Both the position numbers and the translations under genes were made by a program. Source: a virus (lineage: Duplodnaviria > Caudoviricetes). From it: a stretch of 32,597 nucleotides of DNA. Positions 25,895 to 32,597 of the stretch are shown piece after piece. The stretch is taken from positions 1 to 32,597 of the IMG/VR virus record IMGVR_UViG_3300044878_000101; one strand, given 5' to 3'. The notes under the pieces are model-generated. The model saw only the letters and a program-made list of their open reading frames with translations. It had not been told where the DNA came from and made no database searches. Every line of letters starts with the position of its first letter. Position 1 is the stretch's first letter.

Positions 25895-26236
25895 CTACTT
25901 CTCCTTGGCCTTGTTCTTCTCTTCCCAGCGCGCGCGAAACTCATCGTCGAGCGCAAATATCACCCGGTCGAACTCTCGACGCCCGACGGCGCTGCCATAG
26001 GCCGCCAGGTAGTCATTGATCGCGCCAAGGGAGATCGGCGCCGGAGCGCCGGCCATGCCAACGTACTGCCGGCCCCGACTGATCAGGTAGTAGGCATCGA
26101 GCAGCTCAGCGGTTACACCATCAATCTCTGGCGCATCTGGAACGGCGAGCCTCAGCTTTTCGCGGACTTGTCGCTTGCGGTCGTTTTCTTGACCCGCCCA
26201 CTCAGCTACCCATCGGTAGGCGTCGAGGGCTTTCCC
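25895..26236 (-). CDS. tail assembly chaperone extension (gpT-like), reached by -1 frameshift
   Basis: Open -1 frame from GGGAAAG: KALDAYRWVAEWAG...ISRGRQYVGMAGAPAPIS...IFALDDEFRARW...*; absent from the ORF track. Confidence 0.85.
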   Translation of the reverse strand, partial: GKALDAYRWVAEWAGQENDRKRQVREKLRLAVPDAPEIDGVTAELLDAYYLISRGRQYVGMAGAPAPISLGAINDYLAAYGSAVGRREFDRVIFALDDEFRARWEEKNKAKEK

Positions 26237-26667
26237 ACGGTGGCGACTGCTTGTTCTTCCTGGCGCAGGGCGATGGCCTGGGCCGCCGCCATGACGAGGT
26301 AATAGATCTGGGGCAGTTGCTGGAGCAGCAGAACGCCGCGCTCTGGCGTGTACGGGGTTGGCGACGTAGGGTCTTCAGCCTCAGCCACGCCTTCCCAGTC
26401 TACGATCAGGTGCTTGCTGGCCAGCTCAATGAACAGTGCGTCAGAGTCGAAGACAGCGGATTCATCGGTGTTCAGGACGCTGAATTCAGGGGTGCCGATG
26501 CCGTTCTGACTGGACATGGCCGCAACGTGACGCATGATCATGCGGTAGTCGCTCTTGTAGCCGTCCTTCGCCGCCGAGGAAACCTTGATGCGCAGGCCTG
26601 GCGCCGGCTCAATCCATCGAGTGCTGAGCGCATCGAGCAGTTCGGGCTTCTTCAAAATGAAGGTCAT
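26206..26667 (-). CDS. tail assembly chaperone (gpG-like)
   Basis: Between major tail and tape measure; LIVDWEGV motif; slippery GGGAAAG at 26236-26230. Confidence 0.85.
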   Translation of the reverse strand: MTFILKKPELLDALSTRWIEPAPGLRIKVSSAAKDGYKSDYRMIMRHVAAMSSQNGIGTPEFSVLNTDESAVFDSDALFIELASKHLIVDWEGVAEAEDPTSPTPYTPERGVLLLQQLPQIYYLVMAAAQAIALRQEEQAVATVGKPSTPTDG

Positions 26668-26715
26668 GCGGAATCCTTGTGGCCGCCCGGTGAGGGGCGG
26701 CTATCCGTGATGGGT

Positions 26716-27885
26716 TTAGGCGGTGACGGTGACGTTGCGGGTCGCAGTCTTCGTCGGGTCAGATACGCTGGTCGCGGTAATGACGGCCGATCCGATTGCC
26801 ACGCCGGTGACCAGGCCGGTAGACGACACGGTCGCCTTGGCAGGATCGCTGGACGACCAGGTGACAGCTTGGCTCGCGCCGGACGGCAGAACGGTAGCGG
26901 TCAGCTGAGAGGTCGCGGCGACAGCGATTGAGACGGTTGCCGGGGCGATCGACACGCTATCTACGGCGACAAAAGGCGCTCGGGTGATGGTTGGCGGCGT
27001 GCGGCGTGCGGAAACAGTCAGCTCTACCTCGATCACGTCAGTTGCAGCGCCGTCCGGCCAGTCGCCATTCACTTCCATTTCCGGGAGGGTGATGGTGTAT
27101 CGGCCGTCGCCGTTCTCGATCGTGAAGCTCACGGCAATCGCATCGCCGGTCTGCTGTTTGATCCACAACTCGTAGGACGCTGCAGACCAGGCCACGGTGA
27201 TCGAGCCAGTAGCGCTGAACGTGGTCGGAATCACGTTGCCGACGAATGCGCCGTTGTTGATGCAGCGCTGGGTCTGGACGTTGTTGTCAAACGTCAGGTC
27301 CATGGCGCTGATGCAGGTACCGTTCTCAGGGGTGGCCTCGACGCCGTCCAGGGTCAGCGACGTGAAGTTCTTGAAGTTGAACCGCTTGGCATTCGCCTCT
27401 GGCGCAGCGCTGGAGAAATACGGGGTCGCATCGACTTTGCCTTCCCAGCCAATCGCCGTCATGTTGGTGGCAACGGTGATGTCATCGTCGGTGCCGAAGG
27501 TGAAGGCCATACTCGCCACTTGGGCGCCGCGGGCAATCGAAGACACCAAAACATCGCTGGCGAACGACGCCACCGAGTAGGTGATTCGCTCGTCGCCGAC
27601 AGTCAGCACGTCGGATGCCCAGCGCTTGCCAAAGCACGACTCCAGGAAGTCATCGATGGCGCCGGCATAGCGCCACTTCTGGCCGATCTCGCCAGCAACG
27701 TCGATAGTCGTTGCGGTGGTGCCCTGGCTCATCCGGGTCTGAGAGATTTCGTTGTTCTCGGCGGTGTTCTGGGTTGGGCCCAGGCCATACGAGGTGCGGA
27801 TCAGTTCTTTCCAGCCGGTGGCCGGGGTCACGCCCTGCGTCACCTCTTCGACGTAGGCCGTTCTGTTCTTGGCGCCTGAACTCAT
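26716..27885 (-). CDS. major tail tube protein with C-terminal Ig-like (Big_2) domain
   Basis: MSSGAK...EVTQGVTP tube N-terminus; QLTATVLPSGASQAVTWSSSDPAKATVSSTGLVTGV. Confidence 0.9.
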   Translation of the reverse strand: MSSGAKNRTAYVEEVTQGVTPATGWKELIRTSYGLGPTQNTAENNEISQTRMSQGTTATTIDVAGEIGQKWRYAGAIDDFLESCFGKRWASDVLTVGDERITYSVASFASDVLVSSIARGAQVASMAFTFGTDDDITVATNMTAIGWEGKVDATPYFSSAAPEANAKRFNFKNFTSLTLDGVEATPENGTCISAMDLTFDNNVQTQRCINNGAFVGNVIPTTFSATGSITVAWSAASYELWIKQQTGDAIAVSFTIENGDGRYTITLPEMEVNGDWPDGAATDVIEVELTVSARRTPPTITRAPFVAVDSVSIAPATVSIAVAATSQLTATVLPSGASQAVTWSSSDPAKATVSSTGLVTGVAIGSAVITATSVSDPTKTATRNVTVTA

Positions 27886-27911
27886 TGGGTGCTTCTCCTA
27901 TCAATAGGCGT

Positions 27912-27935
27912 AAAAAAACCGCCTGATGGCGGCTT
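27912..27935 (-). terminator. intrinsic terminator upstream of the major tail gene
   Basis: - strand CCGCC-atca-GGCGG-TTTTTTT. Confidence 0.7.
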
Positions 27936-27945
27936 GATGGGTGAT

Positions 27946-28344
27946 TTAGTGCGCTCGATAGGGCACCTGAATGTTTACCTGGTACCAGCCGTTGCCGTCG
28001 TCTCCGATGACCGCGGCCGACGCAGCGAAACAGTCGAAACCGCCCTCGCTGAAGAATTCGAAGTGCTGCACCAGCGTATCGGCGGCCCGGGTGATGGCCA
28101 GCGTGCCCTTGTAGCTCGGCACGAACAGTTGAACGATGATGATCCCGGTACGCCGCACGCAGGGAGATAGGCCGACTTCTGGCGTCGAGGAAAGCCCCGG
28201 GATGTCGGCAAGCCTGGCCCAGATCGTTTTGCCGGCCGGGTTAAACGGCTGAGGCGGATTCGGGTAGTCAACGCTGGAGGCTGGAATACCAGTCCACTGC
28301 GTCATGCGCGTAATGACAATGTTGCGGATCTGTTCAAAGGTCAT
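27946..28344 (-). CDS. tail terminator-like protein
   Basis: RRTGIIIVQLFVP...WYQVNIQVPYRA; position. Confidence 0.8.
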   Translation of the reverse strand: MTFEQIRNIVITRMTQWTGIPASSVDYPNPPQPFNPAGKTIWARLADIPGLSSTPEVGLSPCVRRTGIIIVQLFVPSYKGTLAITRAADTLVQHFEFFSEGGFDCFAASAAVIGDDGNGWYQVNIQVPYRAH

Positions 28345-28730
28345 GAGCTGTAGGCCTGTGCGACACCGTGGAATGAGGCCGCGTATATCCCGCCCGGCGG
28401 CGCCTGCTTCGAGTGCCCGTCCTCCAGGCGCTGCGCGTATGGCAAATTGTTCTGGATGTAGACGGATGTGAACGGCTCAAGCCCAGACACGGCCGCCTGG
28501 CCTTGAGCAAGCGCCTCGTTTCCAGTTGGGTCGACTTTGGCCGAGGCGGTGTAGACCGGTCCGCCAATGCTGATGATGTTGTTGCCGCGGAACCGACCGG
28601 TATCTACCGGTGATCGCAGGATGATCTCGCCAAGCATGGCCAGCGCAATGACCCGCACGCGCTTGCTCAGCTCGCCCTCAACCTCGTCAGCAAATGCGCT
28701 TGGGGGGATGCTCCATCCGCCTCTGGCCAT
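28341..28730 (-). CDS. HK97 gp10-like tail completion protein
   Basis: SPVDTGRFRGN and YIQNNLPYAQRLEDGHSKQAP. Confidence 0.85.
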   Translation of the reverse strand: MARGGWSIPPSAFADEVEGELSKRVRVIALAMLGEIILRSPVDTGRFRGNNIISIGGPVYTASAKVDPTGNEALAQGQAAVSGLEPFTSVYIQNNLPYAQRLEDGHSKQAPPGGIYAASFHGVAQAYSS

Positions 28731-28733
28731 AGC

Positions 28734-29114
28734 TCACTTCCTCAGCTGCAGTTCGTAATGCGCTTTTGCCGGGTCGATGCCGGGATTCACGACTCGGTAC
28801 GTCGCGGGCCCGCCAGTCAGCAGGTCGTCAGCGGTGATCGTGTGGCCTACTGCCGGGATTTCCGCCAGTTCATTGGCAAGACAGATCAGCAGCACGTCGC
28901 CTACGAGAATATTGATTCCGTCGATGCGCCGACTTTCGTAGCTGTCCATCACGCCGCGGCCGGTGTAGGTCACGGTGACGGCCGTTGTCGTCTCTTCCAC
29001 TGGGTCATAGACGCCAGACCCTTGATACGAGCCGGTGAACGGCGCAACCGCGTCGGCCAGGTCCGTGTCGAACGCCTCAGCCAGATCGGCCTGGATCTCT
29101 TCGCGCATTCCCAT
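28734..29114 (-). CDS. head closure / head-tail joining protein
   Basis: Position and size; DPAKAHYELQLRK C-terminus. Confidence 0.7.
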   Translation of the reverse strand: MGMREEIQADLAEAFDTDLADAVAPFTGSYQGSGVYDPVEETTTAVTVTYTGRGVMDSYESRRIDGINILVGDVLLICLANELAEIPAVGHTITADDLLTGGPATYRVVNPGIDPAKAHYELQLRK

Positions 29115-29117
29115 GGG

Positions 29118-29507
29118 TCACCTGTACACGTCGAAGCCGAAGGACGACCGAAGCCAGGGGTTCAGCAGCGCCAGGGCGAACTGGATGCCCTCGGCCTGGG
29201 CCTTGGTTGAGCTGGAGTCGATCGCGCCGAAGGTCTTCGAGGTGGTTACCGATCCCGCCTTGACGGTCTTGGCCTCCAGCGATCCCGACGACTGCTGCTG
29301 ATACAGGACGCCATCGTCGGCGCACTTGGCCAGCTCTGCGCCTGCCTGCTTGACCTCATCAGGGATCGCGTCCATGTCGACGCCTGACAGATTGAGCGAG
29401 GTCAGATAGGCATTGGCCTGCATGACGGCGCGGTCTTTCTTCTCTGGAGTGGTCCAGTCGGTGCCGAGGATGGTGTCCACGTCGGCCACGGTGATGTAGG
29501 TAGCCAT
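29118..29507 (-). CDS. head-tail connector (adaptor) protein
   Basis: YITVADVD...IPDEVKQAGAELA...KTVKAGSV. Confidence 0.75.
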   Translation of the reverse strand: MATYITVADVDTILGTDWTTPEKKDRAVMQANAYLTSLNLSGVDMDAIPDEVKQAGAELAKCADDGVLYQQQSSGSLEAKTVKAGSVTTSKTFGAIDSSSTKAQAEGIQFALALLNPWLRSSFGFDVYR

Positions 29508-29546
29508 CCGGCCTCCGGTTGAATGAGTGGGGCCGTAGCCCCGGTG

Positions 29547-29762
29547 TTACGCCTGCGCTGGTGCTTCGACAGGCTTCGCGGCCTTGGCCGGCTCGTATTC
29601 AGCCTTGAGCTTCGCCCGAGGAGGCTTTTCGCACTCACCATCGCGACTCTCGGCCACGTTGGCGTCGATGATGCGCAGACCGGCCTTCTTGGCGATGGCC
29701 TTCACGTCGTCTTCGTAGCGGTGAAACGGGCCGGGCAGATACCAGATGTTCTTATCGGTCAT
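29547..29762 (-). CDS. small virion-region hypothetical protein
   Basis: IWYLPGPFHRYEDDVKA...LRIIDA; follows the capsid gene. Confidence 0.7.
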   Translation of the reverse strand: MTDKNIWYLPGPFHRYEDDVKAIAKKAGLRIIDANVAESRDGECEKPPRAKLKAEYEPAKAAKPVEAPAQA

Positions 29763-29810
29763 GCTTGATCCTCAGCCGCGCCAGGCTGCCCCGGCGCGGT
29801 ATTCAGTGGG

Positions 29811-30779
29811 TTACTTGGAAGCGTCACCGATCAGAGCGACACCGGCGGTGTGCTTGATGCTGGTAGCGGTCTTGTCCCAGTTGGTGCCGGTCGCCAGTTC
29901 GGCGTCGGTTGGGGACTTGCCACCGTTGGTGACATCCCAGGTGTAACCCTTCAGGCCCAGGCCGAAGGTGTAGTCGACCTGGATGGTGGTCTCGATGCGC
30001 TCCTTGCCGTTCGAGGTATCGACGTTCGAGATCTGGTCGCGAGCGTCGTGAACCAGTGCAGCGCCCGAAACCAGAGAAAGGATGATCTCCTTGTTCGGGG
30101 TACCAGCCTGAGCCAGCGCCGGGGCGTCGGTTACGACGGAGACCTTGCCGAGGATGTCGACGACGCGGACGTTGCCGGCCTGGAACAGCTGCGCGGCGTT
30201 GGCCAGGTTCTGACCGACCAGCTTGTGGTAGGTGGTGCCCTGCATGATCTGGGCAACCAGGTTCTGTGAGGCATCGCCGAACTTGGCGTGAGCGTTGTTC
30301 AGGGCTGCCTGGCTGATGCCCAAGGTTGCCGATACGTCGTTGGTGGCCGCTGCCTGGGCGGTGATCGCAGCAGTCAGCGCGGCGATGGCGGTGTTCAGCT
30401 GGTCTTTCAGCAGGATCTCGGCGAAGGCGCGCGAAGCGACCTCGATGCCCTGCACGGTTGGGCGCTGCAGCCATGTCATCTGGGATGGCTCGTAGCGGAT
30501 CGGACCGAAGCCGCCGGCAACCTTCACCGTGGCATTTTTCAGCTCGGTCAGGTCGGTGACAGCTGCTGCGCCGTTGGCCGCGTAGCGATCTACTCGGCGC
30601 TGGGCGGCGGCCAGGGTCTGGAAAAACGACTCCTGCAGGAAGTCGCCAGTGAAACCGTCCGGAGACAGGATGATCGCGCCATTGCTGGCAGCGTTGAACG
30701 CAGCGGTCATCTGGTCCAGGGATTCCAGCGCAGCCGGCATGATGTATTCGTTGAACACTTGCATTTGAGACAGGGACAT
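29811..30779 (-). CDS. major capsid protein
   Basis: 322 aa; FNAASNGAI and GLKGYTWD...SPTDAELATGTNW...IKHTAGV; follows scaffold. Confidence 0.9.
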   Translation of the reverse strand: MSLSQMQVFNEYIMPAALESLDQMTAAFNAASNGAIILSPDGFTGDFLQESFFQTLAAAQRRVDRYAANGAAAVTDLTELKNATVKVAGGFGPIRYEPSQMTWLQRPTVQGIEVASRAFAEILLKDQLNTAIAALTAAITAQAAATNDVSATLGISQAALNNAHAKFGDASQNLVAQIMQGTTYHKLVGQNLANAAQLFQAGNVRVVDILGKVSVVTDAPALAQAGTPNKEIILSLVSGAALVHDARDQISNVDTSNGKERIETTIQVDYTFGLGLKGYTWDVTNGGKSPTDAELATGTNWDKTATSIKHTAGVALIGDASK

Positions 30780-30791
30780 AAAGTCAATCCT

Positions 30792-31502
30792 TTACTTAAG
30801 GGGGAGGTCTGGGTATTTGCTTGCGATCGCTTTGGTGCGCTCGTCTTTGTTGCCGCCGATGTTGCCTTGTGCGGCCCCGCCGCCTTTACCTGCACCGCCG
30901 GCCCCGCCGCCAGATGCCTTGCTGCCAGCGATCAGCGGACCGAAGGCCGGATCGTTGGTGAATTCTGCTTTCAGCTCGTCCAGCGTTGCCGCGGAGAGCT
31001 TGCCGGAGGCGTCCAGCACGACGACGGTGGGTTTGCCGTCACGTTGCTCGACGCTCAGTCGGCGTTCGATATGGGGGAGCAATGCCTTGGCGCTGCCCGG
31101 GATGGCCAGAGTGGTGGCGATATCGGTAGCGGCGCGACCCACGGTCAGATCCCGGATCTGGCCTTGCAGGGTGCTGTTGGTGCTTTCGAGCTGGCCGTTC
31201 AGTTCAGCTTCGCGGCGGCTGTACTTCTCGGACCAGGAGCGCTCGAGCTCTTCGACGTTGCCGGACTTGCGGGCCGCCTCTTCGCGCTCGGTGCGTGCTG
31301 CTTCCTCAGCTTCGCGACGGGCCTTCTCGGCCGCTTTCTTCTCGCTCAGCAGTTCCTCGACCTTCGACTTCAGGCCAGATACGTCTTCAGGCTGCGGCAG
31401 GCCTTCGATGTTGAGGACGTACTTGCCGCCCTTCTCGACGTACATGGCTTGAACGGCTTCGTCGACGCCTTCGAGGGTGTCCAGTTGGAATTTCAAGGTC
31501 AT
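30792..31502 (-). CDS. capsid scaffolding protein
   Basis: DVSGLKSKVEELLSEKK coiled coil, SGGGAGG linker; precedes the capsid gene. Confidence 0.85.
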   Translation of the reverse strand: MTLKFQLDTLEGVDEAVQAMYVEKGGKYVLNIEGLPQPEDVSGLKSKVEELLSEKKAAEKARREAEEAARTEREEAARKSGNVEELERSWSEKYSRREAELNGQLESTNSTLQGQIRDLTVGRAATDIATTLAIPGSAKALLPHIERRLSVEQRDGKPTVVVLDASGKLSAATLDELKAEFTNDPAFGPLIAGSKASGGGAGGAGKGGGAAQGNIGGNKDERTKAIASKYPDLPLK

Positions 31503-31545
31503 TGCTGTCTCCCGGAGACTTGGTGCAGGCCCTGCCTGCGGATGT

Positions 31546-31572
31546 AAAAAAGCCCCGCGGGTGCGAGGCTTT
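31546..31572 (-). terminator. intrinsic terminator after the two-gene cassette
   Basis: - strand AAAGCCTCGC-accc-GCGGGGCTTTTTT. Confidence 0.75.
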
Positions 31573-31617
31573 AGAGTTGCGCGCTACGTTTTGCGCTGCT
31601 GTGTTTCGTGGCGCGAG

Positions 31618-32064
31618 TTAGAACAGTTCGATGCGCTCTGCCAGCAGGCCGGAATACTCGACCATCGCGCCAAGCTGGGCGGTCAGTAGCTCGTTTTCCT
31701 TCGCCGGCAGGCCTTTGAATAGGTCGGTATCGAAGAAGGCGGAAAGCTTCCCGATCTTGTCGTCGAGCTGGACCTTCTCGCCGATGACGCGCTGCTGATG
31801 CGGCGGCAGATGACCGACATGGCCCATTGGCAGATAGGCAGCCTCGAAAACAGCCTTGGGCGACCAGCTGACATAGCCGTCTGGATACTTCACCGCGTAG
31901 CCGGGCTCTGGCGCCTGATCCGGGGCGCGATCTGCGCCGCCAGTGCAGTAGCTGTTACAGCTTGCATCGCCCGTCTTGCAGTCAGCGCCGCAGACCTTCA
32001 CCTTCTTCGGGCTGTCCTGCTCCCACGCGACGATCTGCTTGGTTCCGATGTAGTCCTGAGTCAT
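31618..32064 (-). CDS. two-domain protein: YIGTK/GYxSWSPK domain plus crAss001_48-like helical domain (candidate anti-defence sponge)
   Basis: YIGTKQI...GYAVKYPDGYVSWSPKAVFEAAY followed by HQQRVIGEKVQLDDKIGKLSAF...LLTAQLGAMVEYSGLLAERI. Confidence 0.7.
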   Translation of the reverse strand: MTQDYIGTKQIVAWEQDSPKKVKVCGADCKTGDASCNSYCTGGADRAPDQAPEPGYAVKYPDGYVSWSPKAVFEAAYLPMGHVGHLPPHQQRVIGEKVQLDDKIGKLSAFFDTDLFKGLPAKENELLTAQLGAMVEYSGLLAERIELF

Positions 32065-32384
32065 TGCTTGCCACCGGCTTCGTGCAGGCGCTGCTTCAGT
32101 GCGTAACCCATCAGCGGCCATAGTTCATCGGTAGAGTTGTCGACGGCGATCTTTTCGCCGATCTCGGCGTCGTCGTTTTCGGACGAGGCGGCGACGGATG
32201 GCTTGCCAACTGCCGCGAATCCGCAGGCGGTGGTCAGGATCGCCCAGCGAAGCACCTGGCCGGACTTCGAGACATGTTTAACGATCTCGGTGTCGACGAT
32301 GTTCGCCTTCAGGTCAGCGAGCGTCACGCGCGGCGCGGTCAGGCCCTTGTCCTGGATCTCTTTCTCGATTGCTTGGTCGTTCAT
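32061..32384 (-). CDS. N4 gp49 / Sf6 gp66-family protein
   Basis: IEKEIQDKGLTAPRVT...GF..VG..SVAASSENDDAEIGEKIA..N....LWPLMGYALK; AGGGGG RBS. Confidence 0.8.
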   Translation of the reverse strand: MNDQAIEKEIQDKGLTAPRVTLADLKANIVDTEIVKHVSKSGQVLRWAILTTACGFAAVGKPSVAASSENDDAEIGEKIAVDNSTDELWPLMGYALKQRLHEAGGKQ

Positions 32385-32398
32385 GATGCCCCCTTGGG

Positions 32399-32597
32399 TC
32401 ATAGGCCGGCGCGCTCGAATGCGGCCGATTCTTTTTCGCGCAGCTGTGCGAGGGTGAGCGTCTTGCCGTTGTCGTCCACGAACTTATCCAGGGTTAACTC
32501 GCCCTTCGTGAAAAGCTCGTAACGATTAGGCCCCAGCACGTCGCGCTGAAACGATGCAGGCTGGCGTGATAGCCATTCCTGATAGGTGGTCTTGCTC
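32399..32597 (-). CDS. 3' end of minor head morphogenesis protein (SPP1 gp7 / Mu gpF-like), truncated by window edge
   Basis: Manual translation TTYQEWLSRQPASFQRDVLGPNRYELF..G.LTLDKFVD..GKTLTLAQLR...AFERAGL*. Confidence 0.8.
   Translation of the reverse strand, partial: SKTTYQEWLSRQPASFQRDVLGPNRYELFTKGELTLDKFVDDNGKTLTLAQLREKESAAFERAGL

Larger units (their letters stand above)
1..32597. mobile_element. Temperate siphophage / prophage genome segment (lambdoid, probably Pseudomonas host)
   Basis: Continuous phage gene content: recombination, integrase, head, tail and lysis genes. Early and late arms converge at about 13.7 kb. No host housekeeping genes. Confidence 0.95.

Noticed and set aside
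23225-31547. Long + strand ORFs (e.g. 23225-24223, 24806-25465, 30288-31547)
   Set aside because: Antisense to clearly identified structural genes; expected from GC-rich codon bias
1-32597. CRISPR array, rRNA or IS element
   Set aside because: No regularly spaced repeats, rRNA-like sequence, transposase or terminal inverted repeats seen

Overview
About 32.6 kb of a temperate, lambdoid siphophage genome. The host is probably Pseudomonas, inferred from the gene families and high GC content. The + strand (1-13.7 kb) is an early/accessory arm: ERF annealing protein, SSB, ExoX-like exonuclease, two predicted adenine methyltransferases, an Arm-type tyrosine integrase and many small mosaic ORFs. 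The - strand (32.6-13.7 kb) is the late arm: end of a minor head gene, scaffold, major capsid, connectors, Ig-tipped major tail protein, tail chaperones with a GGGAAAG -1 frameshift, tape measure, tail tip, tailspike, lambda-R-type endolysin and an O-antigen-type acyltransferase. Three items stand out. (1) Directly after the integrase is a compact module with two 7-3-7 operator palindromes, a stand-alone protein resembling an HsdS recognition domain, and a KorC-like repressor. (2) Inside the head operon is a two-gene cassette resembling nucleotide-signal sponge anti-defence proteins. (3) A symmetric, tmRNA/tRNA T-arm-like att core lies 2.6 kb downstream of the integrase, and no excisionase is visible. 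All family assignments come from motif recognition by eye; no database searches were run.
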